Shown here one piece after another: positions 48,501-62,500 of a stretch of 64,000 bases of DNA (positions are counted from its first letter, which is position 1; each line of letters opens with the position of its first letter). A program made the position numbers and the translations under genes. Source of the stretch: Eledone cirrhosa. Taxonomy: Eukaryota. The notes below the pieces were generated by a model, which saw only the letters and a program-made list of their open reading frames with translations, was not told the origin of the DNA and did no database searches. The DNA lies in NCBI GenBank assembly GCA_964016885.1, contig OZ024740.1:144956001-145020000 (forward strand), written 5' to 3'.

Positions 48501-49879
48501 TATGACTAGATCATTGTGAAAATTGGCAATAAATTAAAGACTTTAATTTTTCATGTGATGTAGTCATAAATGCTGTTTTGTATTTTGCAAAAATGTCTTG
48601 CTAATGCAGTTTCATGCAACATAGGATATTAACTTGTAAAGACATACATCATTATGTCAAGAATGTAAAATCCAAATGAGCAAAAACAGGTTGCATGAAT
48701 GTTGTCAGTTTAGCTTATAATCTGTTGTCTGCTTCAAATACTGAGAATGATGTATTTTGTGCATGACAGTCAAATATTCAACGAGTTCTGAATCTAATAC
48801 AATTTAGTGTGTTACATGTATTATGAGGCATAGCATATCAGAATACACACAACATAGTATATGTTGTTGTTTGTCCCCAGATCAACCCTCATTCAAGCAA
48901 ACCTATGGTCAAAGTCAGACCAGCCATGATCAGCACTCCCCCCTTCCTTCATCGGACTACATTGTGTGTGTGTGTGTGTGTGTGTGTGTATGGGGGGGGG
49001 GGACGACGACTGACCTTGTTGATGCTCTTTCATTGGCTTGGCATAATGTTATTTTAAATGATGCATAGCATGATGTTTGAATATGCAATGCATAGCACAT
49101 AGTGATGCATGGTGTAGCCTATTGGAAAATGCAATCATATATTAACAAAGATGGTGGTCCATAGATTGGGAATAAGATTGGATATTTATCAAATTCCTCA
49201 GTCATTTGTCAGTCAATAATGTATTACAGTGTATTAAAGATATACTGTAACTCAGTTGTAACTGATGTGGGAATAGAAATATCAAATAAGTTCTCTTATT
49301 ACATGAGCTTTATTTTAATATATTTACTTTCGTGTCAATAGAGCAAACTGCTGACATTTAAGATCAGCCATTAAATAATAGTAAATGTTACATGAAGGGG
49401 TCCTTTATTTCAGGTTCCTCCTCCTTCTTGTCCTTCATGCTTATACCACTTCCACCCAGACTCACCCAGCTTGCTTTGCTTCCTTTCTTTGGAATTCCTA
49501 CTGCATCTCTCCCCAATAGAATGGATCTTTTTTTTTTCTTTTGCAAACATTGACTTAATGATGTTTAAGGCAAACATCATTTGTATCCATCTCACTAATC
49601 TTATAGTTTCTGAAAAGATCTTCACCACTGCTCCTTCTTCCTCACTGAGCCACCATCAACATTTTAGAAATAGCTGGCAAATTTACCTTACATATCTTAC
49701 AATCTTGAAAAGGGAGGAGCACATTCCAGATACCCAATGCCCAAATAAAAGATGGGTTGGACATATCTAGGAATACCTTTTCATAAGTCAGTCGTGGTTA
49801 ACTTGCTGGTAAATAATGACAACCATGAAATCAAAAAGTAGTTATGTTCTGTTCAAGTTTTTCCTTTTATTTTAAATTA

Positions 49880-51182
49880 CAGGGTGCGGACGATATTTGT
49901 TCGCAAGTTTACTGTCTAGGAAAAAATAACACAGTTTTATTTTTTAAGATACATTTATCAAACTTGGGTCAGTTTGTCTTCATGACTTGTTCTTTCGATC
50001 TCACTCGATAAACCCGCCATTGGCTTTGATGACGGCCTCAAGGTGGCCTTGGAACCGGCTACAGGCCTTCGTCACTGTACCCTGATTTAGGCCCCTAAAG
50101 GCACTTGTGATCCTGGCCTTCAGATCGTCTTTCATATTGCAGCTAGATCTGTTGGTGTCTCATTCCACTGCGCCCCACACAAAGAAGTTGAGGGGGTTGC
50201 AGTCAGGCGAGCTGGGAGGCCAGATGTCGGGTGAAGTGTGGTCGACGAAGTTCTTTGACGGCCAGGCTTGGGTCTTTCGGCTGGTATGACAGGGCACCGA
50301 GTCTTGCTGCCACATGTACGGCCTACCTGCAGCTACCTGGTCGATCCAGGGCTTTACTACCTCGCTCAGAATGCGGATGTAGCCATCGGTGTTCAGCTTG
50401 AGGCCGTCGGGGAAGAAGTGAGGTGGCATGACGTCACCATGACTGCTGACGACACCTAAGACCAATGTTGTTGCTGGAAACGTTGTCTGCATGACTCTAG
50501 GCACGTCTTTGGATGAGACAGCGAGCCACCTGTTGTTCTGGCAGTTGATCTTCTGGTCTTGGTAGAAGTTTTTCTCGTCGGAGAAAAACCACAGCATGTC
50601 TGGTTCCAGTGGGTGTTTTAACTTGTTAATCAGCTTCTTTGCGTGCTTCAGTTGCTTTTCTTGCATCGCCTTTGACAGAAATTGTCCTTTCCTCATCTTG
50701 TATGAAATGTAGCGAATGTCTTCATGTACCACCAGCCTAATGAGCTTTTCATCCACGCCTTTCTCCCTTGCAATGGCACGCATCATTTGCTAGGTTCATT
50801 GTTGATGATATCCTGAACTTCAGTGACGAACTTGGGCGTTCTGAAGGCGTCAGATCGTTGATCATGTGTTTTCCTCTCTGATGTTGCTTCGTAGTCGAAT
50901 CCTGAATCTTCCAATTCCTTTCTGACCTTTTCCACCATTCTCCTGCTGATGCTGAGAAAGTCTGAAATTTCCTTATTTGTCCTCCCGGTGCGGATTCCAA
51001 GAAGAACTCCGTGTCTCTTCCACAAATTTGGAGGTTCAAAATTATTCATAATCAATTATTCTGAAAATAAATAATGGAAATATAGCCACTGTTTTTATGA
51101 AGACAAGAGTGACAACGGAAGTAAAAAAAATTTGCATAAAATTAGCAGTTGAAAATTGCGAACAAATATCGTCCACACCCTG
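49880..51182 (-). mobile_element. Full-length Tc1/mariner element of DD37D (maT) type
   Basis: TA|CAGGGTGCGGACGATATTTGTTCGCAA ... TTGCGAACAAATATCGTCCACACCCTG|TA (27-bp TIR, one mismatch). Confidence 0.92.
50001..51049 (-). pseudogene. DD37D transposase pseudogene
   Basis: FSDEKNF, QQDSVPCH, WPPSSPDCNPLN with 37 residues between the second D and the terminal N (D to N); frameshift ~50785, stop 50160-50162. Confidence 0.88.
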
Positions 51183-52875
51183 TATATAGCTGCATATTAC
51201 ACAAGGTCAACTTTTCTGATATTCTAGCCAAACACTACCTATATTCATTCCTCAAGTCTGCAAAGATCTTTATCACGACTCTTTCCTTCTCACTGAACCA
51301 TGCAAATATAGTATCATTAACATGTTTTATTTAAAGGAAATTTTGGAGCTGCACAAATATTTGAGGCAGATGCTATGTATAAGTGTTTGATATTCTCTGA
51401 GTCTTAGAAGGACCTGTAATGGCTATTTAAAACATTTTATGGGTGTTTTAAGTCTATTAACCATCATTTACCATGTATGCATGTGTAATTGACATAAAAT
51501 GTAAACATACTGCACAAAATTAGATATAAAATTATGTTGTGTGCAGGATTGTATGAGTTGTGGTCTGAACACTGGGTAGTGAGATGCAGGCTCCCAGTTC
51601 ATCCTTGGGTTCAGTCTGTCCACTTGAGAACCAACCTGGTCTGCCAATGACCTGTCCAAACCCTGCTAGCAGGAAAAGCAGACATTAAATGAGGAGGACG
51701 ATAATAACCATGTTAAAATAACCACTGACTTACTTAACACTTTAAATGAAAGTAAATGGATCCTCTGTTAGTTTCAACTCTGAGTGTTCTAGTTGTTCTA
51801 TCAACTTGACAGTCCACCCAGGGAAATGCTTCTCAGAATCAGAATATCAACCCTGAGTTATGGCACATGCTCCAAAGATTTGGGCAATTTAAAAATGTTC
51901 TCAAAATGAAACCCGTTCAGCTCTTTGTATGTTCCGAGTGCATATCCTATTGTGGGTGACTTGGGTTGTGGAGATAATTGATCATCTGTCTGGATTCAAC
52001 CAACTGGCCATTTGGTGGCTTTGGTAGAGGTTACTCTGTTGCAGGTATTCAGGCCAGGCCTCTGCCTTGGGGATATTTTCCTCATTCCTCCCTAACAGTC
52101 TTGGAGACCCCAAAAACTAATGATCACTGCCCTAAATGTTTTAGTGTTTGTGTGTGTTTGTACGTGTGGGTGTTTGTGCTCAAGTATTTGAGTGTATGAG
52201 TATGTTTGTGTGTGTGCTTATGGGTATTTGTGTGTTTGCTTGTGTGTGTGTTTGTTTGCAAGCATGCGTGTGTAGATACTTGTGTGTGTGTGTTATTCAG
52301 TTCAGGTTTGTCATCATTTCACTAGTCTCTCCACCTCTAATTTAATATTTCACAAATTCTCAGTTTTATGTCACAGGTGATATTACATCTGATTACATAT
52401 ATTGGTTTACACCTGAGTCACATTGTTACTGTTTGTTTCGCTGTTAATGATGCACCACACAACTTCACTGTCATGTATAACCTAATGCATTGCTGCATAA
52501 ATTGCCTATAGCTTCTGTCTCTCACTCTATCTCTCTCTCTCTCCTTGTCTTCCCCCTCACTCTATCTCCACCTGTGTCTCTCTCTCTCTCTCTCTCTCTA
52601 TCTGCCTGTATCCCCCTCTCTCCCCTTTCTCTCTTCATTTAATCCTTTCATTAGGCCATGCATTTCATTAGAAATAGGTTGTGTTTTGATTAATTTTGAA
52701 AATAATCAAATATTTGGAGAAATTCAATAAATTAACTGGGTTTTTCATTTATTAATTCTAAAATAAAATTGTGACGAAAGATTTTAATTTAAGGATAAAT
52801 ATTTTTAAATGAACATGTTTGTATATAAATCTGAGGCAGTTATAGGTGGTTTGGTATCAAAAGGGTTAACATGTT

Positions 52876-53072
52876 CACTGTATTTAGGCTGTATATTTCA
52901 TATAGTGTATTAAGGCTGTATATTTTATATAGTGTATTAAGGCTGTATATTTCATATACACGCTGTGTATTTAGGCTGTATATTTCATATAGTGTATTAA
53001 GGCTGTATATTTCATATACACGCTGTGTGTTTAGGCTGTATATTTCATATCCAGTGTATTTAGGTTGTATAT
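52876..53072. repeat. Minisatellite of ~28-33-bp units (TGTATTWAGGCTGTATATTTCATAT)
   Basis: About seven copies read directly. Confidence 0.85.
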
Positions 53073-53670
53073 GTTATATGGTGTCTGTATCAGTGTATAT
53101 TCTATATGCCCATTCTTTGACATTCACACTGCTTGTATGTCTGACATTAATCCTGCTGATGGAATTATTTGTCTTTGAAATAACAACACAGCTGTATTTT
53201 TCTACATGAATAAATGTCTTTTTGTCCTTATATATGAAGGTAAATTCATCTCGTTCTAATTCTTTCACAAAAAAACAAAAACAAATGTTCTCAAAGAAAG
53301 TCTAATGACTTTGTCCTATAAAGTGGAATGGATGATATTCATGTGATATTTTATAATCAACTTATAAACAATAGCTATGAAGTTAACACTTAAATACTTG
53401 TGAATATTTAGCAGAAAATATCTAACAATGACTTTGTTAAATCAAATACTTATAGTACCTTCACTAGTGTTGGGAAAATGTGCAGTATTATAGTAAAGAC
53501 GTTATTTTTTAATGTTATGCAGTCATAGTGCTGTTTCGTGCTTTTCAAAAATTCCTCACTACTGCGACGTCATTCGGTACAAGGAAGTAAGAATTAATGT
53601 GCTGGACCACTCCTTACATGGTTGTCTCAAATCTTATCAATGCATTCAAGTGGTAAATTACTTGATATAA

Positions 53671-55035
53671 TATAGCGAAGGTACTGGGTTGTATGAATGT
53701 AACAAGGCAATTTAGCGTAGATACTGGCGGTGTATGAATGTAACAAGGAGACATGGTTTGTGTGTATAATATTTAATTAACAATCATGGATATATATAGA
53801 ACAGTATAGTTGACATGTCAAAGTAATAGATGATAGAATGAAGCAAAGTTAGTAGTTACCGTTTTGATTGCCAGGCAAACGCGAGACGCCTGGCGAAGGC
53901 CAGGCGCCGGAAGGGCAAGTGAGAGGCAGAGAACTTAAAGTTGTTAGTTTTATAGGGTTCTGACCGGAAGTTACAGAAAGGGTTCTACTTCCCGTCTAGA
54001 TGTTGTTAATCTATTGGGGTTGTGAGTCACAACAAGGGAGGCCACTGCTACATAACCTCCCGCCAGAATTTTAGAATATAAAAATCGAATGAAATATGTA
54101 GCAAGTTGGCGAGAATGTTGTAACAGGCATGAAAATTACGACAAAAGAATGTTTGCAAAAATCAATGATAGATGTCAAGGTAGCCAACCGCTCTTGGCCA
54201 GAGAACGACTGGACACCCATCTATCCATCACCCAAAGATACAATGTAATAAAGTAAGAGAAGAGCTGAAAGTTCAAATGTACAAAATATAGTTCACAGGT
54301 GTGCAATCACATGACAGCAGGAAAGAAAGTGTGTTCCAGAGAATGAATGCAGGTGGTTTCTGTTCTGTGGTATATCGTGGAATTTCCAACCTCCGAATGG
54401 ATTTTCTCACAGGAAGAGTGCTGCAAAAATAAATTCTCTGGCTTGTTCTGCTGGTTTTGGTTGTTGGTGAAGCTGTGTTGCTGTCTCGCGGAGTGAGCGT
54501 ATTCGGTGTTTAAATTCACAGTAAAAAAATTTTTTTCAGAAAAAATGAGTTGCGCAAAGTGCTAGAAATAACAGCCGAAGTTGATGGTCGATGTTGAGAA
54601 TGCCATGACCTGGAAGAGTCAAGAGGCCAGCGACCAAAGAAATAAGCATTCTGAATAAATGCGCAGTTTTCAACGGCAAATTTACGTAGTAAATTTTTAA
54701 ACCGGCAAATAGGAGAATATAGCTTAAGGCTGAAGAATCCTTGGCGAGAAACGTTATCTCTGGCGTGCGGCTATCTCTGTGAGTCGAGAATTTGTGCTGC
54801 CTACACGTGCCAATACAAGGTTAAGCTAGGTTGAAAAAATAATATTTCTAACGCGCGAGAAAATGATAGTGCAAGTGTGAAAGTGACAATGATGAAAAAG
54901 AAAGGCTTCACTTAGCATAATTATTGATGTGAACTTTGGAAAAAAAAAAAACTTGAACGATGAAGAAAACGATGAAAAAAAAAGGCAATGGTTCATCGAA
55001 AATAAATGTTCCTGTTGAAATGTTTTTTAAAGAAT

Positions 55036-55066
<31 letters not shown>

Positions 55067-55730
55067 CAAAAGTGTTCGTTGTAAGAAACGAGAAACATAT
55101 ATATATATTGTGAAATGCGACAGTTAGTTGATACGTGAGAGAAAAAGTCTGTCTGTCTGCGAAAATTTCACATGTGCGTGGTGTGTTCATTTCTTTTACT
55201 GAGTATTTTCATAGTTTGTCAATAAATTTGCTGTGTATTCGTAATGTTACTCACACAACTCCAGATTCTGCTATCTTTTTCTTTTTTCGGGGTGACCACT
55301 TATGGCGATGAACGGCTGCGTGTTCGTATCACGTCAGGGTTACCAATATAGCGAAGGTACTGGGTTGTATGAATGTAACAAGGCAATTTAGCGTAGATAC
55401 TGGCGGTGTATGAATGTAACAAGGAGACATGGTTTGTGTGTATAATATTTAATTAACAATCATGGATATATATATAGAACAGTATAGTTGACATGTCAAA
55501 GTAATAGATGATAGAATGAAGCAAAGTTAGTAGTTACCGTTTTGATTGCCAGACAAACGCGAGACGCCTGGCGAGGGCCAGTTGCCGGAAGGGCAAGTGA
55601 GAGGCAGAGAACTTAAAGTTGTTAGTTTTATAGGGTTCTGACCGGAAGTTACAGAAAGGGTTCTACTTCCCGTCTAGATGTTGTTAATCTATTGGGGTTG
55701 TGAGTCACAACAAGGGAGGCCACTGCTACA
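53671..55730 (-). mobile_element. Non-autonomous LTR element (TRIM/LARD-like): two ~383-bp LTRs, tRNA-Trp PBS, PPT, non-coding interior
   Basis: Direct repeats 53671-54052 and 55347-55730 (about four substitutions and one 2-bp indel). Minus strand TGTAGC...GCTATA; PBS TGGTAACCCTGACGTGAT at 55345-55328; PPT GGCGGGAGG at ~54056-54064. No TSD seen. Confidence 0.88.
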
Positions 55731-55834
55731 AGCTACTTAAGGTCACTCTGACTCAAACCTTTTATCACCATATTTCTAATGAAAGACACATCTTCTTCAC
55801 CCACCTATTCCTGAGAATCGTGAGGGCAGTCATC

Positions 55835-55980
55835 AAACACACTTTCCAGCAGGTCCTGTCAAAAGCAACCGTCTCCAACTGATCAGGTTGGATCCCCAAG
55901 CGAGACCAGCCAAGCTCATGGATGTTATCCAACCAACTTGCTCAGGGTCTCCTACTGATTGGTTTTGCCCGTAAAATCTA
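55835..55980 (-). mobile_element. Old LINE C-terminal-like fragment; inverted homolog at 57898-58050 (+)
   Basis: The two segments align as reverse complements; the + copy reads ILLAK...RGRARWLDNV...DRT*W, like RTE C-termini. Confidence 0.5.
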
Positions 55981-57507
55981 TCAAGTGATACTTGGCTGAG
56001 ACATTCTAACCACATGCCCATAGTATCGGAGATGTGATCTCTACTTCTCTATTTAAGGATTTTAACATCTCGGGCAAGATTTCATTTTCCTTGAGCGGCC
56101 TTACCACATTTATTATGAACACTAACCATAACCAAAAGTCTACTTCAAAGAAATAAAGTTTACAATTTTACAGTGCTGCTAGTGTTTGCCACACTGAATC
56201 AGTGCATATACCTTAGTAATATTAAGTCATTGAAACTTAGAATATTGGATAATGGATGGCCACACTCTTACCGCCCCTCTTCCACAGCGTGATGACATGT
56301 TAAAAAGTAAATCCTCTTTTACTTTTCTCTCTCTCTCCTTCCCTCTCACACCCTCCTCTTCCCATAAATGATGTATATCAACTACCACCACTCATACAGA
56401 CACTACTTTACCATACCCTTTCCAACATAAGACTTTTCAAACTTCACAAACACCAACCTTTCTTTACCAAATTTCTAATGAAAGATATTACTTATGATTG
56501 TCAAATAATTTTGAAAATAAATAAGAATATAGAGGGATTTAGTAATATAACCAACTTTCTCATTATTAAGTTGGTGTTTAGAACATAGAGGTTCTTACAT
56601 AGAATTATGATGGCAAGTTTTTAGATAGATATAAACACTTTAAAACAAATGATTTTGTATCACAGAACCAGAGTCAGTTTCAGGCAATAGCAAAAGAGTT
56701 AATCAGACCACCAGCAAGATTTTTTTTCTAATCCTATCAGACCTAAATATGTCCTATGAACACCTACTCACCTCATCCCTACTGGAGGTGTCTCATAACT
56801 TTTCAGATTTTAATCTTGTTGCATCAGGTTATATTGATAAAATTAAAGTAGTGATGTTGGAGGTTGTTTAACACCAGATCAGACTTGATCTAACAAACGT
56901 ATTTTAAAAGATATTCCAACTGAGACCATCCTATCTTTTGTCAGGCATTGTGTACCCCAGACTACATTAGTTAATGTTTATTATTTTAAGTTGGGTGTAA
57001 TTTGAGGGAGATTTGGGTGCTATTTCTACCACGTTAAGCAGCCTTGTAGAGTTTCTCAAGTTGAATTGTTTAGCTCTAGGCTAACCAGACTTATGATCAA
57101 TGGTATTTGAACCAAGACATCTTTTACTCGGTTACTATACATTTAAGACTACATTATTCAAAGTGACTTCCTATTTTTCAAAGAAGCAAGATGTAATATG
57201 GAGATTTGTTTGCTATTTCTAACAGGCCGCATGACCATGATAGCTTGTTTTATATATATATATATAGGGAGACGGTGTAGTCAGGGATCATCCACTGTAA
57301 CCTTTCCAGGAAATGATGGAAATTAAAATGTTCATACTCCTCATATGATGTAGTGGCAGGAGGTAGGCTAGCACTATAATTTTGGTACCTGGGGGCATTG
57401 TAAACCCTCTCTCCCTATCAAATTTCAGAAGCTATATGAGATGGTTATTTGGACAAATCCCTTTTCTGGCGAGCAATATTAGTATTTAAATTACTAATGA
57501 TAATAAT

Positions 57508-57710
57508 CGTTTCTGATTTTGGCTCAAGGTCAACAATTTTGGGGGAAGGGAAAGTTGATTAAATCGGCTCCAGTGCATTACTGGTACTTTATTTTATCGA
57601 ACTGGCATAGCTAACCTCGGCAGGATTTGAACTCAGAATGTAAAGGGATGTAAGTTATTTGCTGAAAAGCATGTTGTCCAATACTCTCTCCTGATACTCC
57701 CAATCCACTG
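57508..57710 (-). mobile_element. Deu/Nin-like SINE, diverged
   Basis: Family match with an internal deletion. Confidence 0.7.
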
Positions 57711-59537
57711 TTCAATGATAGGGATATGTCATTTACCAATTCTGGCCAGTAATTATCATAGTTGAAAAATATTTTCCAGTATAATGATTTTCCCTTAAAT
57801 GTATTTCTCTCAGAAAGCTGCAGTTAGTCTTTCTAAAATTACAGCAATTTTGAAAATAGGCATGTGATTAAAATGTCCCAGGAAAGAATCGGTGGACAGA
57901 TTTTACTGGCAAAACTGACCAGCAGGAGACTCAGGGGTCGAGCAAGATGGTTGGATAACGTTCCCAAGCTTGGCTGGTCTCACTTGGGGATCCAGCCATA
58001 TCAGTTGGAGATGGTTACTTTTGACAGGACCTGATGGAAGGAGTGTTTGAGGACTCTGTCCCCACGACCCTCCTAGGAATATGTGAGCAAAAATGATGTT
58101 CATAACACAGTACTACTTACTGGGACCTACTATTGCCATTTGACTTATGAGAAATAGCAGCTAAATCTCTTTCAAATAACACCTTGCCATCTTAAAAATA
58201 GGACACATTAGTGTAATCAGAAGGATACAGCACTTGATAAAAAAAAAACAATCTGGGATGGTTATGGTTGGAACGAATTTGATTATATGCCAAATTTGGA
58301 GCTAAACATTTTATTTAACAACTCTCCAGAGTAGGCTTGAAAATGGATGGCTTAGTTTAACATCTAAAATTCTAAATCATTGAGTCAGTATTAAAATTAT
58401 TTTATCTCAATAGAGAGAAATGAGAAAAATAACTTTTCACACACAAAAAAGGCTTGAACCTCTTGATTCAAGTCTGATTTCAATGGTCTGTTTTTTTTTT
58501 CTTTCTCTCTAGTTTGGTTAATGTGGTCTATTCAACATCCTCCCCACTCTCTTCTACACTCTTCTCTAGCTCCCCTACCCCAACCCCACTCTGTAACCCA
58601 TCCACCCTCAGGCCTATTTGCTAATCACTGTCATCCTGTAAGTCTCATAAATAATCCAGTTTTCACTTTTTCTCTTCACTGGGAATCAATTATGTTAATC
58701 TACATATGAAACAAAATGACTGGAGTTGGCTAAGGTCACTAATCAAATTATTTTAATTTTATTTTCTCTCTCTATTATTACAGTCTTTGTAGCATCTATT
58801 ACACTTTCAGCCACAGCCAGTGTCTATTTCCACTCTTATAAACTGGCAAAGCCACTTAACAAGGTCACATCCCTCACATTAGAAATAAAACAAACCAAAA
58901 CAATATATACAAATAAAAATCTTTAATATTTGATCTATATATTTTTATTGTTCGTTGCCTGAATTTTGTGAAACCAGTGAAAAAAATTTCCTGTTCATCA
59001 TGTTGTGGTTGTTGCAGATGTCCAACAGGACACTAATGGATGATATAATAACTGTCAATAACAGTAACAAATCAAAGTTTCTGCCCATCTGTGTAAATTC
59101 AAAGATATCAAAATCCTATAAATTTACTATTAACCCATAATCCTAAACATCCTAAAACAAAATTAAAATATGAAGAAAGAAATGAGCCAGTAACAGGGCC
59201 TCTACATTTTGACCTGCTAGAAATTTCAATAAAGCAGAAAACCTTGGATGATATTGTGGAAAAAAGACTTGTTTTAAAACTGAAATACTTCTGGTCATGG
59301 GTCTGCCTACTCATTCAGAGCAGATATAAAGAACAATAACAGTTGTTTGATCAGTGGTTATTCGTTAGACTTAGAGTAACAACAAAGAATAATCTCAGTA
59401 ATATAGTATACTAGCAGCTGAGCCCAGTTGCACTCGGGGCTACTTGGGGCCACTTTTTATTAAGTTAATAAGTTGAGGAGCGACGTGAAGAGAGTGGTTT
59501 GACAGAGGGACGTTGGGTGGAGTAGGGTTCAAAGATG

Positions 59538-62500
59538 TTATTGCAGGGCTTCTTTGTAGACGTTCCTGGTGTTGCCCAGGTTACCACAAATGAAGAGATT
59601 GCGTGGACTGCCGACGCGGGAGCATCCGACGTAGAGTTGACCATGGGAAAATACCTGCTGTGTTAGATTTGGGCCAACCACTTGCAGCGATTGTCCTGGT
59701 ACTTTGTTAAAGCTCATTGCAAAGCAGAGTTTTATGGGAAACTGCCGTCGCGTAAATTCATAGGGGACGTCAGAGGGACTAAGGCTCATAGGGGTAATTA
59801 ACCTGGTCACGCCAGCAGCGGGTCCGCTCAAAATGGTTGTCTCCAGAATTTGGGTCCTTATTTTTTTGATGATTAAACTCATTCCATTGCATAGTTCTGG
59901 TGCATCCAGGTTTCTCAGCAGCATAACTGGCACACCAACCTTCAGTTTCAGATCATGAGGAGGAAGTCCTGGAGGTAGTTGACTGTTGAGGAATTCAATT
60001 GGGTAGATGACGGCGGCGTCCGCATTTTTATTGGTGTCAATCGACTTGGAGACTTCATTTCTGGGAATCTGATCGAGTAGTTTTTGGTTCATCACGTCAA
60101 CAGTGACATTGTGTGGTGCCAAAATAGCTCTCCCTTTCAGCCAGGTGTGATCATGGAATCGTGATTCAAGGTCTGGAAATACAGATGACATTAATTTGTC
60201 AATGTTTAACACAAAGTTCCCAAAAGGCAAACGATATGCTCTTCATCCACTCCAGGTGTAGTTCCATTACCAACTTCCAGTAGATGTTTTGAGAAATCGA
60301 TTGAGTCAGCATCACCATGCACATGCACTCTCATGTTGGTAGTCAGATGTAGTTTGTGGACAAATTTCCTATACGTAGGACGACTTGATGCATGCGTTCA
60401 CTTCGTCAGCTCTAGTGCCTCTAGTGATAACAGGAAGAGTCTGTCGGAAATCGCCAGCCAGCAGTACTGATGCTCCACCCATGACGCGTGAATTCCGACG
60501 CAAATCCTTGAGAATTCGATCCAGAGCCTCAAAGGCTTGTAGTCTATGGAGGATGTCCTCTGACATGTTGTCCTTATGCGTTAACCAAAGCTTAAGGGGC
60601 TCACCTATGCCGCAGAACAATAGCATTATGCAAAACAGACATCTCAATTCTCGAGGCATCTTACATTCAGCAGCCTCAGGTGGGCATCATCCTCGAGTAG
60701 CCCGCACTTCACGCACACGTCCCTGTAACTGGAACTAATGTGGCCATTGAAAAGTCTTAGGTCAGCGAATGACTTGGGCCCTTTGATTTGATGCAGCAAC
60801 ATTCGCAGGAAAAAGCATTCTTGTTGCTTCGGATGAACATTGTACACGCGTCCGATGGCATTACTTCTGAAGACACCTACCCAATCCTCAACTTTTTCCC
60901 CTTGTCGCCGCCGATGCCATTTTTTTTGTTCGACCAAGTGAAGTAGGTAGGTACATCGACGTGCAAACGTATCAACAGAACATAGCTTAAAAAATGCTGT
61001 AAGCGTCATCTCAGGTGGCTGTTCGGCAGCAGCCGATGCGGTTTCCTCAGTGAAATAAACGCGTTGACTATTCTCTAAGTAAACATCCAAGTTAACAACT
61101 GCTGGAGAGCACCGGTGAATTTCAAGCCCCAAAATGTGCCAAGCTGCCATATTGGACGAAATGTATCTTCCCATCATGAACTGAGTAATTTGGTCTTTTG
61201 ATTCTACACCATCACTGAGGCCAACCACCGCCATGTCGCCGCCTTTGTTGATGTATTTACAGATGTATTTAATGCTTTTAACTGATGTGCAGGACTCCAC
61301 ATTGATGTGAGCATTAAACATTTTAGCCAGCAAAGGACTGTAAGGCACCACGCAGCTGTTGTCAATATCGTGTTCTTTCCCTTTCTTCTTAATCCTAGCT
61401 GAAAGGCCGCCAAAATCGGGAGCACGCCGCCGGTAGATGGAGTAGCCGTCAACCCCAGTGCAAGTTTCCCTGGTGAAGACTCTGGGGTAGTGTTTGGTGC
61501 ACTTGTTCCCCTCCATGCATGAATTTTAGCTGTTAAGGGCACCACAGGGTCCATGTGTCATATTAGCCAGCACAATGTTGTAAAGCTGCAAATCAATTTG
61601 GGGATCGGGCAACTCTGCACATATAACGCGATCCTTGTCCGTAGGTCTGATTCGTTCTTTGCACCAAATAAGAATATGTGTGTGTGGAAGACCCCGCTTC
61701 TGCCATTCCACAGTATACATCCAAGCATTGAGTTGTCCGTAGATGGCCTTATCTTTCAGCAAGTACATTAGTTTCTTCAACTTTCCGTGGAACACTCTGG
61801 CTGTAATATCATGCCTGTCACTCGTCACCTGGCCCGCGAATATATTCTCCTTAATCTCCACCCAACTAGGATTACATGTGAAGGTAATAAAAAGATCCGA
61901 CTGCTCAAACTTACGGACATACGCCATGGCATCCTGTGTCCGTTTATGCATGTACCGGGGTGAGCCACTAAAGCTTGAAGGAAAGATCACCTGATGCCCA
62001 ACATTGGTTGCGTCACCGTCACTCTGCAAAGCATCCTTAAGATGAGCGTATTGAACCCTCTTAGTTCTTTTTGATGGGTACGTATGTACAGAAGACGTTC
62101 CGCTTCAATCTTTGCGTACATATCAACCAAGAACTGGTTTGTCACCTCTTTGAACCTAAGTAGTTGGTTGAATTGACCGTCTCTCATCATGAGTCGGTAT
62201 GCATAAAAATCCATGCCGGAAACTTTCTTTGGTAAAGCAGCAAGACTTTTCAGATCAATTGTGGGAATCTCGAAGTTGTAGCCGTCCTCGCCGTAGGGAA
62301 AAAGAAGAGGGTACTGCAAGTAATCGTACGACTGATAGGTTTCTGCAACGAACGTCAGTCTGTTATTGCGATGCTGAATGTCACGTGCTCCATGATTTTC
62401 GTTAACCATGATTTCTGCTACCTCGTTGATAGTTGGAGCGTTGAAACATCCAGGATGCCCACCCGCAGGTCATCTGTCAGCTCTGATGACCAATTTCATC

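Noticed and set aside
55835-58050. Inverted repeats as TIRs of one 2.2-kb transposon
   Set aside because: Arms are diverged, look like LINE remnants and lack a TSD; likely independent insertions.
58726-59340. Possible Tweety exon 2 after TTACAG at ~58783
   Set aside because: The phase-0 frame stops at the third codon, and other frames do not resemble Tweety.
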